From the NCBI RefSeq assembly GCF_009914755.1, contig NC_060929.1: a DNA stretch of 64,000 bases; one strand, 5' to 3'. Within the stretch, counting starts at the first letter, position 1. Each line of letters begins with the position of its first letter. This stretch comes from the human T2T-CHM13v2.0 reference genome, Homo sapiens. The translations under genes were made by a program, and so were the position numbers. The notes under the pieces are model-generated. The model had not been told where the DNA came from. It saw only the letters and a program-made list of their open reading frames with translations, and ran no database searches. Positions 41,682-55,471 of the stretch are shown here, one piece after another.

Positions 41682-41868
41682 AAGGATTGCCAGATTTAGT
41701 AGATCCAATACAGGACCTCCAGTTATATTTAATTTCAGATAAGCAATAAATAATTTTTAGTATAAAAATTAACATGCAATATTTGGGACATATTTATAGA
41801 AAAACTACTCATTATTTGTCTAAAATTTAAATTTATCTGGGTGCCCTATATTTTATCTGGCAACCTTA
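41682..41868. mobile_element. MER53-like hAT MITE
   Basis: TIRs AAGGATTGCCAGAT / ATCTGGCAACCTTA; 8-bp TSD CTCTGAAT/CCCTGAAT. Confidence 0.85.
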
Positions 41869-43342
41869 CCCTGAATAGACATTTCCCAAGAAAGCAGAGC
41901 AACAAAACATCTGGCACAAAAGGAAAGTTCTATGATCCTTTTTCCTACTGAGTCAAACTGAAATAACTGACGGATGGATTTGTCTTTCTTAGCATGTGTA
42001 TTCCCTTTTTACTTCCCAAATGACTGAAGTGGTAAAATAAAAAGCACAAACAATAAAACCATTAAAATGGAAATTTAAAAATCAAGTGAAATAGAAATGG
42101 ATGGGGACATTTGAATTCCAGAAGCCTAGGCTGATATGGTTTGTTGACCTTGGCATTTGCTTCTGAACTCACTGACACTCTGAAGCCAAAGTAAAACATT
42201 ATCTGATACAAGAAAGCAGGCAATGAAAATGTTTTTTTCTGGTCTTTATTCTTAGAGGACTTTATTGTGTGATTCACTATACCAGCGCAGCACATTAGCC
42301 AATGTGGTACAAAGGGAGGGCAGGTTCTGGAGCACAGATACCCATGGCACTGGGCCTGAGCCCCACCTACACCATCACTTCACCTTTCTCATCTCATTTC
42401 ACCATCTGTAATGTGACTTGTAACGTAATGAACACATTACAAATTTAAAATATCGTTACTAGCACTAGGACTGAGAGTATCAGCACCAGCAAATAATAAT
42501 AATGTGTTCTGTGATGGTTGTATTGAAGACACATAAACATTCTTTAAATGTCTGTTATTATATTAACCCCTGATTTTAAAAGACTAGGATACAATATTAA
42601 AATGTGATTCAGTGACAGGCTTTCTTGCAAGGCAGGTCATAAACCCGTCAATCATCCTAGCTAACCACGTGCCTCCTTGGACTTTGTGGGTGAGAAGGAG
42701 CACAGGGCTTATTGTGGGGGCTGTCACAGAGCACAGGTATACCAATACATCTTTTCTTTACAACTGCCAATAATTTCCTCAGAGCCTGAAGCCTGAGGAT
42801 AAATTGTCTTGACCTAAAAGCAAGCCGAAACCAGATGAAAGTATCCCTTCACACCCACGGCAGGGCTACAGGCAGTACTTATCTCAAGGAAATGGCAATG
42901 CTTGGCCTCAGTAACAGGAGAAGGAAAGATATGTGTCTGTGGATATCACTGGATTTGCAGACAGGCTAAGGAATGCAAGTGCTTAGTCATGGAGAAATGG
43001 CTGCCAGGGAGCTGATAGAATATCAGCGTGACTGTTGCTAGGTTTCTTATCTGTCATCCATGTTTCTATGATTCTCTTTCAAAGGGGAGAGTCAGAGGGT
43101 GCCCACCCTGCTCACAGAATCCCTGGAGAAAATATGCTTCATCTTAGAAATAACAATCTGAAAAATGATGATGACAGTGATGATAAAACAGCTAGCATTA
43201 GATATTGTGCTGTTTTATATGCCTGCCCTCATTAAATCCTGTGGAAGGTTCTGTTATTACTCCCACTTTACTATGAGAAAATAGATTTGAAAGTGATCCT
43301 TTCTTCCAGTAAGTAGCGGGATAAAGACCCCTGGGACTCAGG

Positions 43343-43706
43343 TGTATTAGTCTGTTCTCATGCTGCTATGAAGAAATACCTGAGACTGGGTAATTTATAA
43401 AGAAAACAGGTTTAATTGACTCACAGTTCCACATGACTGGGGAAGCCTCAGGAAACTTACAATCATGGTGGAAGGCACCTCTTCACAAGGTAGCAGGAGA
43501 GAGAATGAGTGCCAGTAGGGGAAATGCCATATGCTTATAAAACCATCAGATCTCATGAGAACTCACTCACTTTCATGAGAACAGCATGGGGGAAACCACC
43601 CCCATGATTCAGTTACCTCCCATGGGGTCCCTCCCATGACACGTGAGGATTATGGGGATTACAATTCAAGATGAGATTTGGGTGGGAACACAGCCAAACC
43701 ATATCA
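43343..43706 (-). mobile_element. MaLR solo LTR (THE1C/D-like)
   Basis: TGTATTAGTCTGTTCTCATGCTGCT...CACAGCCAAACCATATCA, 364 bp; perfect TCAGG TSD. Confidence 0.9.
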
Positions 43707-43761
43707 TCAGGAAAGAAGATTGTTCAGATTTCTGTTCTTATTTGCAAGGCTGGTTTATTTT

Positions 43762-44254
43762 TGTAGCAGGATGAGCTGTGGACAAAACCCCACAGACACT
43801 GAGGTAGTGAAGGAAGTGGCTTTAATCAGCTGGAAGCATCAGCAGACTAACGTCTCAAAATCCAAGCTTCTCGAGTGCACAATTTCTGTCCCTTCACAAC
43901 ACTAAAGATTTTACATGAAAGGGCTGTGATTGATTGAGCAATCTAGGGGGTATGTGACAGAGGCTTCATGTACTGGTAGTCAGAGTGAAACAGAACAGAA
44001 CAGGAAGTTTCACAATGTCCTTCCATACAATGTCTGGAATCTATGGATAAGATTGGTTGCTAGGTCACGGGTTGAATTTTAACTATCAGGTAAAGTCAGG
44101 CAGGCCAAGGCCTGGTTTTGGGTCTGGTTTTGGGTCTGGTGCCTGGTGCCGGGCTGCCTGCTTTTGGTTTCACTTCCTTGTTTCTTCTTAAAACAGGTAC
44201 TGAGTATAAAACAATATAGAACAATATGGGGGGGTCTCTTTCTCTCTTCTCTCA
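43762..44254 (-). mobile_element. ERV1 solo LTR (LTR10C-like)
   Basis: Minus strand begins TGAGAGAAGAGAG..CATATTGTTCTATATTGTTTTATACTCAG and ends GCTCATCCTGCTACA; ATTAAA at 43826-43821; TTTT TSD. Confidence 0.8.
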
Positions 44255-46819
44255 TTTTAACTGATAGAGGTGCAAGATCTGAGGGCCAATTATTCACAAA
44301 CTTAAATAACTATTAAGTACCTACTATTAGAATAGCATCGAGCTCATCAACACCAGGAATGCAAGGATGGCTGCCACCCACACATGTTTACGATCCAGTT
44401 CAGTCTACAAATAAACTGAGGTAGAATATAAATAGAAAAGTACCTACAGAATCTGGGGTCACACTACATCCCTTCTGATGAATGGCCTTTGAGTAGGTGG
44501 ATTTGCCTATCAAAGGCAGCTAGAGGTATGTGATAGGGGACCTTGCTCCTGATACTTCCCACAAGAGAGGGAGGCTCTAGAGGCCAAGACCAACCCTCAG
44601 GACATCAGATATTTGGCTTGGCTGAGAGGTCATTCTGCTGGCTCCTTCGAAGGCATTCCCTGATTCTTCCAGAAGCATGGAGGCCTTCAAACTTTGGGAT
44701 TCCCAGTTACATCATCCATTGGAGACATTGGCTCTCCTTATTTTCCACAAAAATAATTAGCATCAATTCTTGGACAGAGAACAGAGGAGGAGGTGTGAGG
44801 GTAGAGACTGTGACTCACTCTCTGGCCAGGAAGCTTTGCTAACTCACTTTAAAAATTGACAGCCCTGGTCAGTAAGGGTGAGGATGGCTGACTGCAGACG
44901 TGGGTGGCATGTCTGTCCTTAGGAAGGCTGTTCCTTAGTTGGAGGTCACAGCCAGGGACCACAACTGAAAGCCTCAGCTCTGAAGGGCAGAGAAGAAGGC
45001 CCCCAACAGGGCTTCTGAGCCCAGGTGCCAGATCCAGAGTCAGGGCAACCTGAGGCTTTCTCGGCAGGTACCTCTCCAGTTCTCATGGTTTTCAGAGCCA
45101 GTGGCCTGTACAATGGAGATTTCCTCCTTTGCTTTGTGTTCTTCTTGCATTTTTAAACAGCAGTTTCTCAGAACAGATGCTCTCTTCTCTCCTTCCCTAT
45201 GCCCCTTCTGCACAAACAGCAGATTGCCTGCTTCTGTCATCTTTATAGAGGGAAGGAGAGAAACATGCTAATCATGTTCTTTTTCCGCTTCCTCCTGCTT
45301 GCAATTAGCTATGCGAGCCAAGGGCTCTCTCTCCTCTCTTACTCTCTTCCCTGAGGAACAAACCCTCCAAGGAGATTTTCCTGGGCACTTCCCACTAAGC
45401 CTGCTTCCCTTAACAGACACCTTGGGTTTTGGCTGTTGTTGTTTTGGATATTTACGTCCTTTGACCTCCTAAGAGCCAGATGTCATGCAGTCACATAACT
45501 TCTTGATTTCTAGTTCCCCTGTATATTAAAGACCCAAGAGCATATTGAAATGTATGGAAGCCACCAGCATCAAAATTATTCTCATGCCTCCTTCTCCCAG
45601 GGCTGCTGCATCACACAACCACAGGGGCATTAGTCACATAGGGCTGTGTGTCTATCCGATAGTCATGCAACACTGTGCACAGATGTCATGTAAAACAAGC
45701 ACAACCCCAAGCCATAAAATAAGTTTGTTTTATGACAAAGCACAAGTCATAAAACTTGTGATGAAATGCAACAAAATTCTGTGGCATTTTTTTCTCATGA
45801 CTGTGTTAATGCTAGTTTTGAAATATCAAACATAAGTTCCCCTCCAACGCTTTTTCGTTTGGTGCAATAAACTCCTGAGTAGCCCACCCATCCAAGTAAT
45901 CCAGCACTGAGCAAACCCACTAGAAAGCTCCTTTGCAGCTCCCTATTTTGCAGATGCACCATGTAGCAGACAGCTAGAATGGGCCCTTTTAATCCTGAGA
46001 AGGAAAAGACTAGAACATTGAGACTTGCCCAAGCATGAGTCACCATAGAACAGTATCTGAGAGAATTTGAAATCAAACAGGCTGGATTCAAACACTTTCC
46101 AGACCTTGAGGAGTGGTTCAATGATGCCATGCATAATGATAATGGGGATTCTCTGCCTCCTATAGGTTCTTAATTTATATCGTTTATATATATTCAGACC
46201 TATATTTCAGGCTGCTGTGAGGAACAGTGGCCTGGCAGGACTCCTTCTCCTTCCTAGCAAGGTAGAAAGGTAGGGCTATGGCAGGGATCCGTGTCACAGT
46301 GGAGAGGCAGCAGTTGGAGTCTAAACAGGAAAATAGAAACTATACAAGTACAAAAGTAGAGAAGATTTAATGCAGGAAATAGATTACACAGATATTTCAG
46401 TTTGCATTCCCCAGGAGATCCAGAGAGAAGGATTCGAGTGCAAGTATTTTTGCAGGGAGGTGATGCAAAAATTTATAATAAATGTGCATACATATATATT
46501 GCATATTTTATTTTTTTCTTGGAGAACTGGTTGTTAAGCCTTTACCAGCACACATTTGGTGAAATGCATTAATTTAAAGATGATTCTTTCCTACAGGTTA
46601 TACCATATCAGGACCCTGAAGATGTCATCTGATCCAGCTACCTTTACAATTAGGAAAGTATTGTCTATAGTCTGAGTTATATTGCAACATTTCTTTCCAT
46701 TCAATTCATCACACGTTTAATGATCATTTACTGTGTATTAGAAAGGTGTCATTAAATCACCGAGTCTTAGAGCTTTAAGAAATCTTTGAGACATTTAAGT
46801 TTAAACTTCTCGTTTTCTT

Positions 46820-47450
46820 AATGGAGATAAAAGTCATATAACATAAAATTCACCATTTAACCATTTTAAAGTGTATTAATACAATTAAGTGGTTTTTAGT
46901 CTATTCATAATATTGTCAACCATCACTACTACCTAGCAGCTCCAGAACGTTTTATCACTCCCAAAAGAAACCCTGGGCCCATTTAGCAGGCACTTCCCAT
47001 TTCTCTCTCCCCCACAGCCCCTGTCAAATGATAATCTATTTTTTGCTATGGATTTGCCTGTTCTAGACATTTCATATACATGGAATCCTGTAAGATGTGG
47101 CCTTTTGTGTCTGATTTCTTTCACTTCATTTTCAAGGTTTTCAAGGTTCACCCATGTTGTAACATGTGTTAGTATGTCTCCCTTTTTATGGATGAATACT
47201 ATTCCATTGTATGGATATACCACTTTTAAAAATTCATTCATCAGTTGATGAACATTGGGTCATTTCCACTTTTTTGGCTACCATGAATAGAATTCATGAA
47301 CGTTCATGTGTAAGCTTTTGTTTGAACATCTTTCTAGTTCCCTTGGGTGTGGAATTGCTGGATTATGTGATCATTCTGTTTAACTTTTGAGAAACTACCA
47401 GACTGTTTCCACAGAGGCTGCACCATTTTACATTCCCTCTAGCATGGTCT
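46820..47450 (-). mobile_element. Old L1M 3' fragment (L1MB/ME-like)
   Basis: ATAAAATTCACCATTT...GGATTTGCCTGTTCTAGACATTTCATATA...GCTGCACCATTTTACATTCCC. Confidence 0.85.
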
Positions 47451-47899
47451 GAGGAAAACACCTCACTTTTGAAAGGAGGATTCTAAGGCCCAGGAAGGTT
47501 CAGTGACTTGCACAAAGCCATGACAGAACTGGGACCAAAATCCAACCTCCCAGCTTCCACTCTGCTCCTTTGTTAGCCCATGGCCCCACTCAAAGGCCAA
47601 TGCAACATGTTCTTTCTGTTGTATAACTTAAGGCAGGAAAATAGTTACTGCAGGAAAAAAAATGTAATATTGGTGAAAACAAAAAGGATGAATTTTCCAA
47701 TACTCTGAGTTCACCAGAAAATTCGATTAATCAGAACGCACCCCCTATCCCCATCTCAATCCCCATCCGTATTGACCCAACTTCACAAATGTCTGTTTAC
47801 TAAAGCAAATGCTTCCAATAACACACTGGCCTTAGTATAAACACTCAAACAATAAGATCACTGTTTAGGCTGTTTTGAAGGCACTTTTCTAAGAGACAA

Positions 47900-48830
47900 G
47901 CATGGACTCTTTTCCCTTCCTCTTCTTCCTAGCTCTGCTTCAGGCCTCTGTCATTCTTTATGCAGGCTTTTAGGATCGCAGCTTCTCTGGCCTCCCTGGT
48001 TCCTGTTTTTCTCACTGCCCATCCCTCATTCCTCTGTCTCCAGCCAATTATCCAAACAAAGATCTTGTAACATCATCCCCCTGCTGTAAATAACATTAGT
48101 GATTTCTGAGAGTTCAAACTCTTTAGTGGAGCACTTAAGGCCCTTCCCAACTTAGGCTTTAGCTACCTTTGCAGTGTTTATCTGCATCCCCTCACTCATT
48201 TTGTGCTGAAACCAGATCAAAAGAACTGCACATCTCTCAACATGTGCAGCACCTTCATGCTTTCCATTTTTTTTCAAATTATAGTTCATTCAAAAAGCAA
48301 TACTTAAAGCTTTCTATGTGCCATTCTGAGGATTCAAATCAACATATTTCCTGCCTTCAATAAATAGACTTACAACCACCATTGCAGATAAACCGCCCAC
48401 TAAGCAAATAATAGAACCTGATCTATAAAGTAATAGATATGCAAAGTGCCGAAATAGACCAAAGTCGGAGATGATTAACTTTCTTTAGGAGTCATTCATG
48501 AAAGGCCTCACCGAGGATGTAATGCTAGAGCAGAGCTTTGAAGGATGAAGAGAAGTTCACCAAGTGAACGTGGAGGAAAAGCAGTCCAGGCAGAAGGAAC
48601 AGCTGCTGAAAAGGTCAGGTGCCCAAACCAGAAAGGCATGTGAGGGAATTCATGGGCAGTTCTGGAGAACCAGAGCAGAAGGAGACAGGCTAGAGAATGG
48701 CAGGAGATAGCCCTAGAAAGCTCTATGTGTGCCAGGTGCAAAAGGCTTGTGCGCCAGCTAAGGAGTCTGCACTTTCCCCTGTAAGCAATTAAAAGTTTTA
48801 AGCAGAGGAGGGATTGGTTTGTATTGATCT
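47900..48830. mobile_element. Two L2 fragments in opposite orientation
   Basis: Pyrimidine-rich L2 motifs to about 48240, then purine-rich GAGCAGAGCTTTGAAGGATGA / GGCAGAAGGAACAGC motifs. Confidence 0.5.
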
Positions 48831-49179
48831 AGATAATTCAGGGAACAATGAAGGGAGGATATTTGAGGAATCCCAAAGAGCAGGGGCAGAGACTCTCATC
48901 ACAGTTCAGGCCTGACCGAAGGCCATAGGGAGATAGCAGTAAAGCAGGGAAACCTACTGTCCCTTCTTCACCTGGAAAACTATCACCTTCCAGAGTTCCT
49001 GTCACCCCAGTGAAGGCAACCACTGTCTCTTCTGTTACCTAACACGTGGTACAAACAGCTACCATAGCATGCCCCTCGTGGAAGGAGTTTTCTTTTAACA
49101 CATTCCCAACCTTCATCGCAGCTCTGGGAAAGCAGAGGCCAGGATGCTTTATATCTCCAGCGTTCAGTACCCTGTTGCT

Positions 49180-49310
49180 TTCTAAAGTACTTCTCAAACT
49201 TGGATTAAAATGCAGACTTTGGTTCAGTAGGTTTGGGATAGAGGCGAGATTCTGCATTTCTAACAAGCATCCACGTGCATGCCACAGACAACTCTTTGGG
49301 TAGCAAGGAC
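49180..49310. mobile_element. MER5A-like relic
   Basis: GGTTCAGTAGGTTTGGG...ATTCTGCATTTCTAACAAGC...ACTCTTTGGGTAGCA. Confidence 0.65.
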
Positions 49311-50509
49311 TTGGCATAGAGTCAACAAAAACTTGTTTGTTGAGAGCCGTGCTTCTCTCCAGTCAAAGACTTGTTGACTGGACAAGAACTGCTCCTGGGA
49401 TGCAGGCTTACACAGCACAACCCCGTCCGCTTCCTGGTCCTCACAAAAGGACTCCACATCACGTGGCATTGGGTCCTCAGTTATGGGGAGAGACATTCTG
49501 GGGAAAATTCTCCTTAATGAAGCCTCTTATCTTTAATGGAAATGCACACAATTGTTCAGTAAGAATGGCAAGTGAGTCCATATCCTTCCGATGGACGCTG
49601 AGTAACCGAGCAAAGAGCCAATCAGCTTTTCACATATTAATGAATGTCCTTGGTAGGCAGAAGGCCCCTGAATAATTGATAAACGGGAATGTTCAATGTT
49701 TGCTGCAGTTCTGGCCAACGCTGCTCATTATAGGAGATGATTCACTCAGTTCTATGGAACAAATTGTTCCAAGGTCTAACTCCACTTCCCTTGTTATTTT
49801 TTTTAATAAAAAAGCATGCACCTGTGGAATTCATATGCATGCAATTGTGTCCAGAATAGAAATGAAAGAATTAATTTGTGTCCCACAGCCCATAATAGAG
49901 CAACCCCAGAGGCCCCTGCCAACGGGCTTAGCTTTGCAAATGACGTTTTTCCTGGAGAGGAGGAAAGATATAGATATATCAAGTCTCTGCTGGCTGCGAA
50001 GATTGCAAAAGCAGGATGAATTGCAATGAGACCATCTTCCCAATAATGCTTAATATTGCTAGGTTTGGCAAAGGGACAATTGGTATTCAAATTGTATGCC
50101 TATATTTTAGACTGTGCATCTGGGAGCTAATTTAGTGTGTCCAGTTCCTGTTAGCCATGTGTCTCTAAGTACTTAGGGCTGCCTTGTGAATTGGGTCCAG
50201 AGAATGGTTTAATTTTGCTCTCAAATCCTGATGGTTTAACAAGCATATGTCAAGCTGCTATGGCTTAGCTATATCCCTTCTGTGTCCCCCAAGTTTGGAA
50301 ATTTTTGTTTCATTGCCCCAAATTATCGCTGGATGAAAAAAACGTTCATTTGTTTTGTAAAATCAAGTAAAACCAATAATTTCACTAGACACATTCCTGT
50401 AGTGGGTTGCACACGTGCAGATTCAGCCCTGAAGAAACCCTTCGTGAGAGGCGGAGAAGGTCCTGGCTCGAGCACAGAGGACTCTTCTTCACACTTTAAG
50501 AATGAGAGA

Positions 50510-50831
<322 letters not shown>

Positions 50832-51950
50832 CTAAAGCCTGATTGTGCTAAGGCCTGACTGTGAGCCCCAGAAAACATCATCCTTCACTTTCTAGTCCCA
50901 AGTCCTCCTCCAATTCTCAGATGCTTATAGAACTTGGCCCAGTTCCCAGAGTATAATCTGGATTAGGATGAGACCAAAAGCTGGATCCAGATGTGGCTCT
51001 CTTCTGGCTGTCTCTAGCAAGGCCTTGGACAGAACTGGGCTCTGGGCCCTCCATACAAGGGATTAGATTTCCCTGCCAGATTGAAACAAACCAGCCCTTG
51101 AGGAATCCCTAGGATCCAGAGTGACCAGCTTTGGTTCAGCTGAGCCACCAGAAAAGAGAGTAGCCTTCTTTATCCCAACTTTCTGACCACTTTCCTAGGA
51201 CTTAATGGTAAGTGACCCTTTGAAGCTGGAAGAGAGGAAACAGGCTTTAGGATTTTTGTTTAACTACTTTCCTATTCGATTTTCAATAGTTGACTAAAAA
51301 TGGCAGCTAGAAATGTTGGGGAAAGGCAAAGATCTTTAGTCTCTTCTCTCTTCTTCTTGGTTCCTCCTGTGTCTACTGCCTACTGTTGGAATCTGGCCTG
51401 ACGGGCAGACTCTGTTACTGCTCTCCGTGATACTCGGAAGGAGCAGTGTCTGGACAGCATTCCTTTGTCTTCTGGTTGATTCTAGAGTAACTAAGGATAT
51501 TGGTCCAGATTTTCACATCCATCCACTCTTCATTCCCACTTTATTGTTGATTTTAAGCCCAGAGTTGCCTTTAATGCAGGGAGGTGTCCTGTGTGCTACA
51601 AAAATGGCATGGACAAGAGAACACATGCTGAGTAAGGACACCAAGCCATACATTGCCGAGGGCCGCTCCTCCACAGTCCCCCTGTGGCTGTGGCAACAGC
51701 CAAGACTGCTGCTGCTGCTGCTGCTGTGAAGGAGCCCTTCTTTGGCCAAAGCTAGGGAAGGAATTTCAGGGGAACTTAGAAAAGTAGATCATACATGCCA
51801 GCGCTGAAGCAGAACTTAAGATCAGCAAGTCACCACCTGCCTGATTTTGAATCCTACCTATGCTATCTTTCACAAGCAGACATGCAAGCTGTGCTTGAAT
51901 AGCCTGCATTAGACCGGATACTCTGAAAAACAGATGTCAAGGCAAAATTA

Positions 51951-52300
<350 letters not shown>

Positions 52301-53119
52301 GGTGCAGAGATTTTATTAGTTGAAGTACCTGAATGAAAGAAATAGGAAGGGGGCCAGGAAAGGCTGGGAGAGCCATCACCAAGATGCAAGTCTGACCTCA
52401 GTGAATGATAGAGGCAGGGAAGATTGGGTGGAAGCTTCCTAGATTGCATGCAGGTCAAGACAGTTTCAGCGAAGCCTTTGGGGAGTCCTTGAGCCCAAAG
52501 TCAGCTAGCAGAGAGGCCCCATTTCCCTGGAAGTTATCTGCTCTGGTACCTCTGCCACATGGAACACTGGCAGGGAGCAGCCTCCAAGAGGTGGGCCCTC
52601 CACACAGAGGCAGCAGTGGTGTGTTTGTCCCTCCCTCTTACCTGTCTCCACAGTCTGCCCAGTGTCAGCCTACCTGCCTCCCAGAACAGGGAGAGAGGAT
52701 AACAGACCACCTGAATGGAGCCAGACCAGAGTAGAGGCGAGAGGCCAAGCCTGGAAACCAGGACACAGCAGAAACTCACACCTGCCTCCCAGGGGGCCCT
52801 TGGGGCAGCCATTTGGCAGCACACAAGCTCCAAGGATCGCAGGAATCTGACCTAGTTGGTTTAAAGGAGAGGGGTGTATGCTGGGTCTATAGCAGTTCAT
52901 TTAAACCCAAAAGTTAGCTCAGCTTATAATAAAAATCCAGTCAATGCGAGTGCCCAGAAATTCTTCCTTGAAATCCATCCCCAATGTTCACCTAGCCCCA
53001 ACTGACACATTTAAATAAATGCTGATCAGAATTTAGGGATCAGTATTTTATCCCCAATGGGAACAGAAAATTTGAAATCCCCTCTTGTTCAAGATCCCAT
53101 TGTTTCCCTCTCTCTTTGT

Positions 53120-53385
53120 AAAACCAAATATCATATGTTCTCACTTAAAAGTGGGAGCTAAGGTACGAGGACACAAAGGCATAAGAATGATATAATGGAA
53201 TTTGGGGACTCAGGGAGAAGGTTGTGGGGGCTGAGGGATAAAGGACTACATATTGGGTAGAGTGTACACTGCTTGAGTGATGGGTGCACCAAAATCTCAG
53301 AAATCACCACTAAAGAATTTATGCATGTAACCAAAAACTACCTATACCCCAAAAACTATTGAAATAGAAATAAAAATTTAAAAAA
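53120..53385 (+). mobile_element. 5'-truncated L1 3' end (L1PB or old L1PA-like)
   Basis: ATGTTCTCACTTAAAAGTGGGAGCTAA...GGGTGCACCAAAATCTCAGAAATCACCACTAAAG...CCCCAAAAACTATTGAAAT. Confidence 0.85.
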
Positions 53386-53750
53386 CAGCAATTCTAGGGC
53401 AGTTGGGATGGCTATTTTGGAAAATCTTGGGGCAATGACTAAAAATACCATGAAATTGTAAAGTGTTACAGAAATTCTTAGTGATGGCGCACGGCATCGC
53501 AGGGATCGGAGGCTTCAGTTTATCTGGGAAGCTCCTGCATTCAGCCACCAAGGCCTCTGCCTGGATATTGTGGCCTTTATCCCTAGCCTCTGATTTCTAA
53601 TGTGGTCTTTATGATGAGCCTGGAGCGTTGCCATGGAAAGCACTCACAGCTGCTGAACCAAAGTCAGGCTGTTTTCAGATTTGAGTCTGGCTGCTGGCTG
53701 CTGCATACTATCTGTGGCCAGGCTTTCTGAATGATATTCAAAAATTACCA

Positions 53751-53782
<32 letters not shown>

Positions 53783-53792
53783 GCACGCACAC
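53751..53792. repeat. (CA)n(CGCA)n microsatellite
   Basis: Seen directly in the sequence. Confidence 0.95.
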
Positions 53793-54099
53793 CAAGAAAA
53801 AGAAATCAACTGAGGAACAGCTTCCCATGATAGTCTATTATTTTTTTCTACTCATTTTGATAAAATGTGACATTTGAAATTTCAAAATAAATAATCATAA
53901 AATCTGCTTTCTTGTGCAGCCTATGTGCAGGGTGGCCAACATAATACATGGAGCAATTAGAAGAAGTAAATAAGAAAGAGGAGTTTGAAAGGAGGAAAAC
54001 TGTTTTACAGTGCAGGTTCTATTCCAGTAATAGACCAAGGATCAATACAAGGACATAGATAATTGATTTACAGGTAAACACACGACTTTAAAATGGTGT

Positions 54100-54610
54100 T
54101 TTCTGCAACAACATGGATGAATTTTAAAAATATTAAGCTGAGCAAAAGAAATCACAAACAAAAGAGTATCTGCTCTGTAGAACCATTTATATGAAGTTCA
54201 AAACTAATTAACAGTGATAAAAGCCAGAATTGTGTTTGTCTATGGCAGGATAAGGGGTGAATTAACCAGAAAAAACCATGACAGAATATTGTGGAGTGAT
54301 GAAAACCTTCTGTTTCTTGATTTGGGATATAGTTACATGATTTAACACCATCAGTAGTATGCTGAGTCTGTCTCTTACACTCCTGAGGGTAGAATTTTTG
54401 TAAGCCGATTGTTAAACCATCGCTAGCTTAAAATCAGCTATGGTGGGAGTATTTAAACCATGCAAACCAACAAATGCTACAAATCAAGTTTGGGTCTTTC
54501 TGCAGAGGGCCACTTTACCAGCATACCCTTGAATACATTTGTCCAGCTTCATCAAAGTATACACTTAAGATTTATGAATTTTAATGTGTATAAAATTACC
54601 TCAATAAGGC
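54100..54610 (+). mobile_element. Old L1ME 3' fragment with nested hAT (MER63-like) relic at about 54350-54530
   Basis: GCAACAACATGGATGAAT...TACACTTAAGATTT...TACCTCAATAA; nested CAGTAGTATGCTG...TTTACCAGCATAC. Confidence 0.6.
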
Positions 54611-55171
54611 ACTGGTAGCAAAGAAGAAAAAAAGGATAAAATAGTGTCTTCAGTTAGTGAACCAGTCTAGTTGTTCATTTGTGACTTTCATGTCCTTATG
54701 TGCCGTTTCAAGCCTTCATGAGTTCCATTTTCTAAAATTGAGGCTCACCACGATCGTAGTAAATAGCTGGCTTGACACTGCGTACTCTGTGAGCCGCTGA
54801 GCTACATTTGAATTAGGTATAGTGAATTTTAATATAATCTGTGTCCTAATTTTTACCACCTCTCTTAAAATATCCTTACATACGTAAAGTATAGGCCCAT
54901 CCTTCTTTTTAAAAAAGTTTCATATGTTAAAGTCTTTATATGTCAAACACAGCAAATATTATATTACTGCATATAAACTTAGTTCACCATTCTTTTTAAT
55001 TGAGTAAATCCCTATCACTTTTATGCTTTATTTTCATTATCTTTTGTTTTATGGGTTTTTTAATACCTGTAAAAAGAGCTATGGCTATGTTGAATTCAAA
55101 TAACACAAAAGGCTAAAAAGTCTTTCCCTAGACTCTATCCCAAGTCCTACTGTTTAAAGAGAGCAACGGTT

Positions 55172-55471
<300 letters not shown>

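Noticed and set aside
49676-50090. Four overlapping ORFs on both strands
   Set aside because: No recognisable protein and no splice framing; better explained as non-coding sequence.
51706-51725. (CTG)n tract inside ORF 51427-51729
   Set aside because: Only about 7 units, and the ORF has no other coding support.
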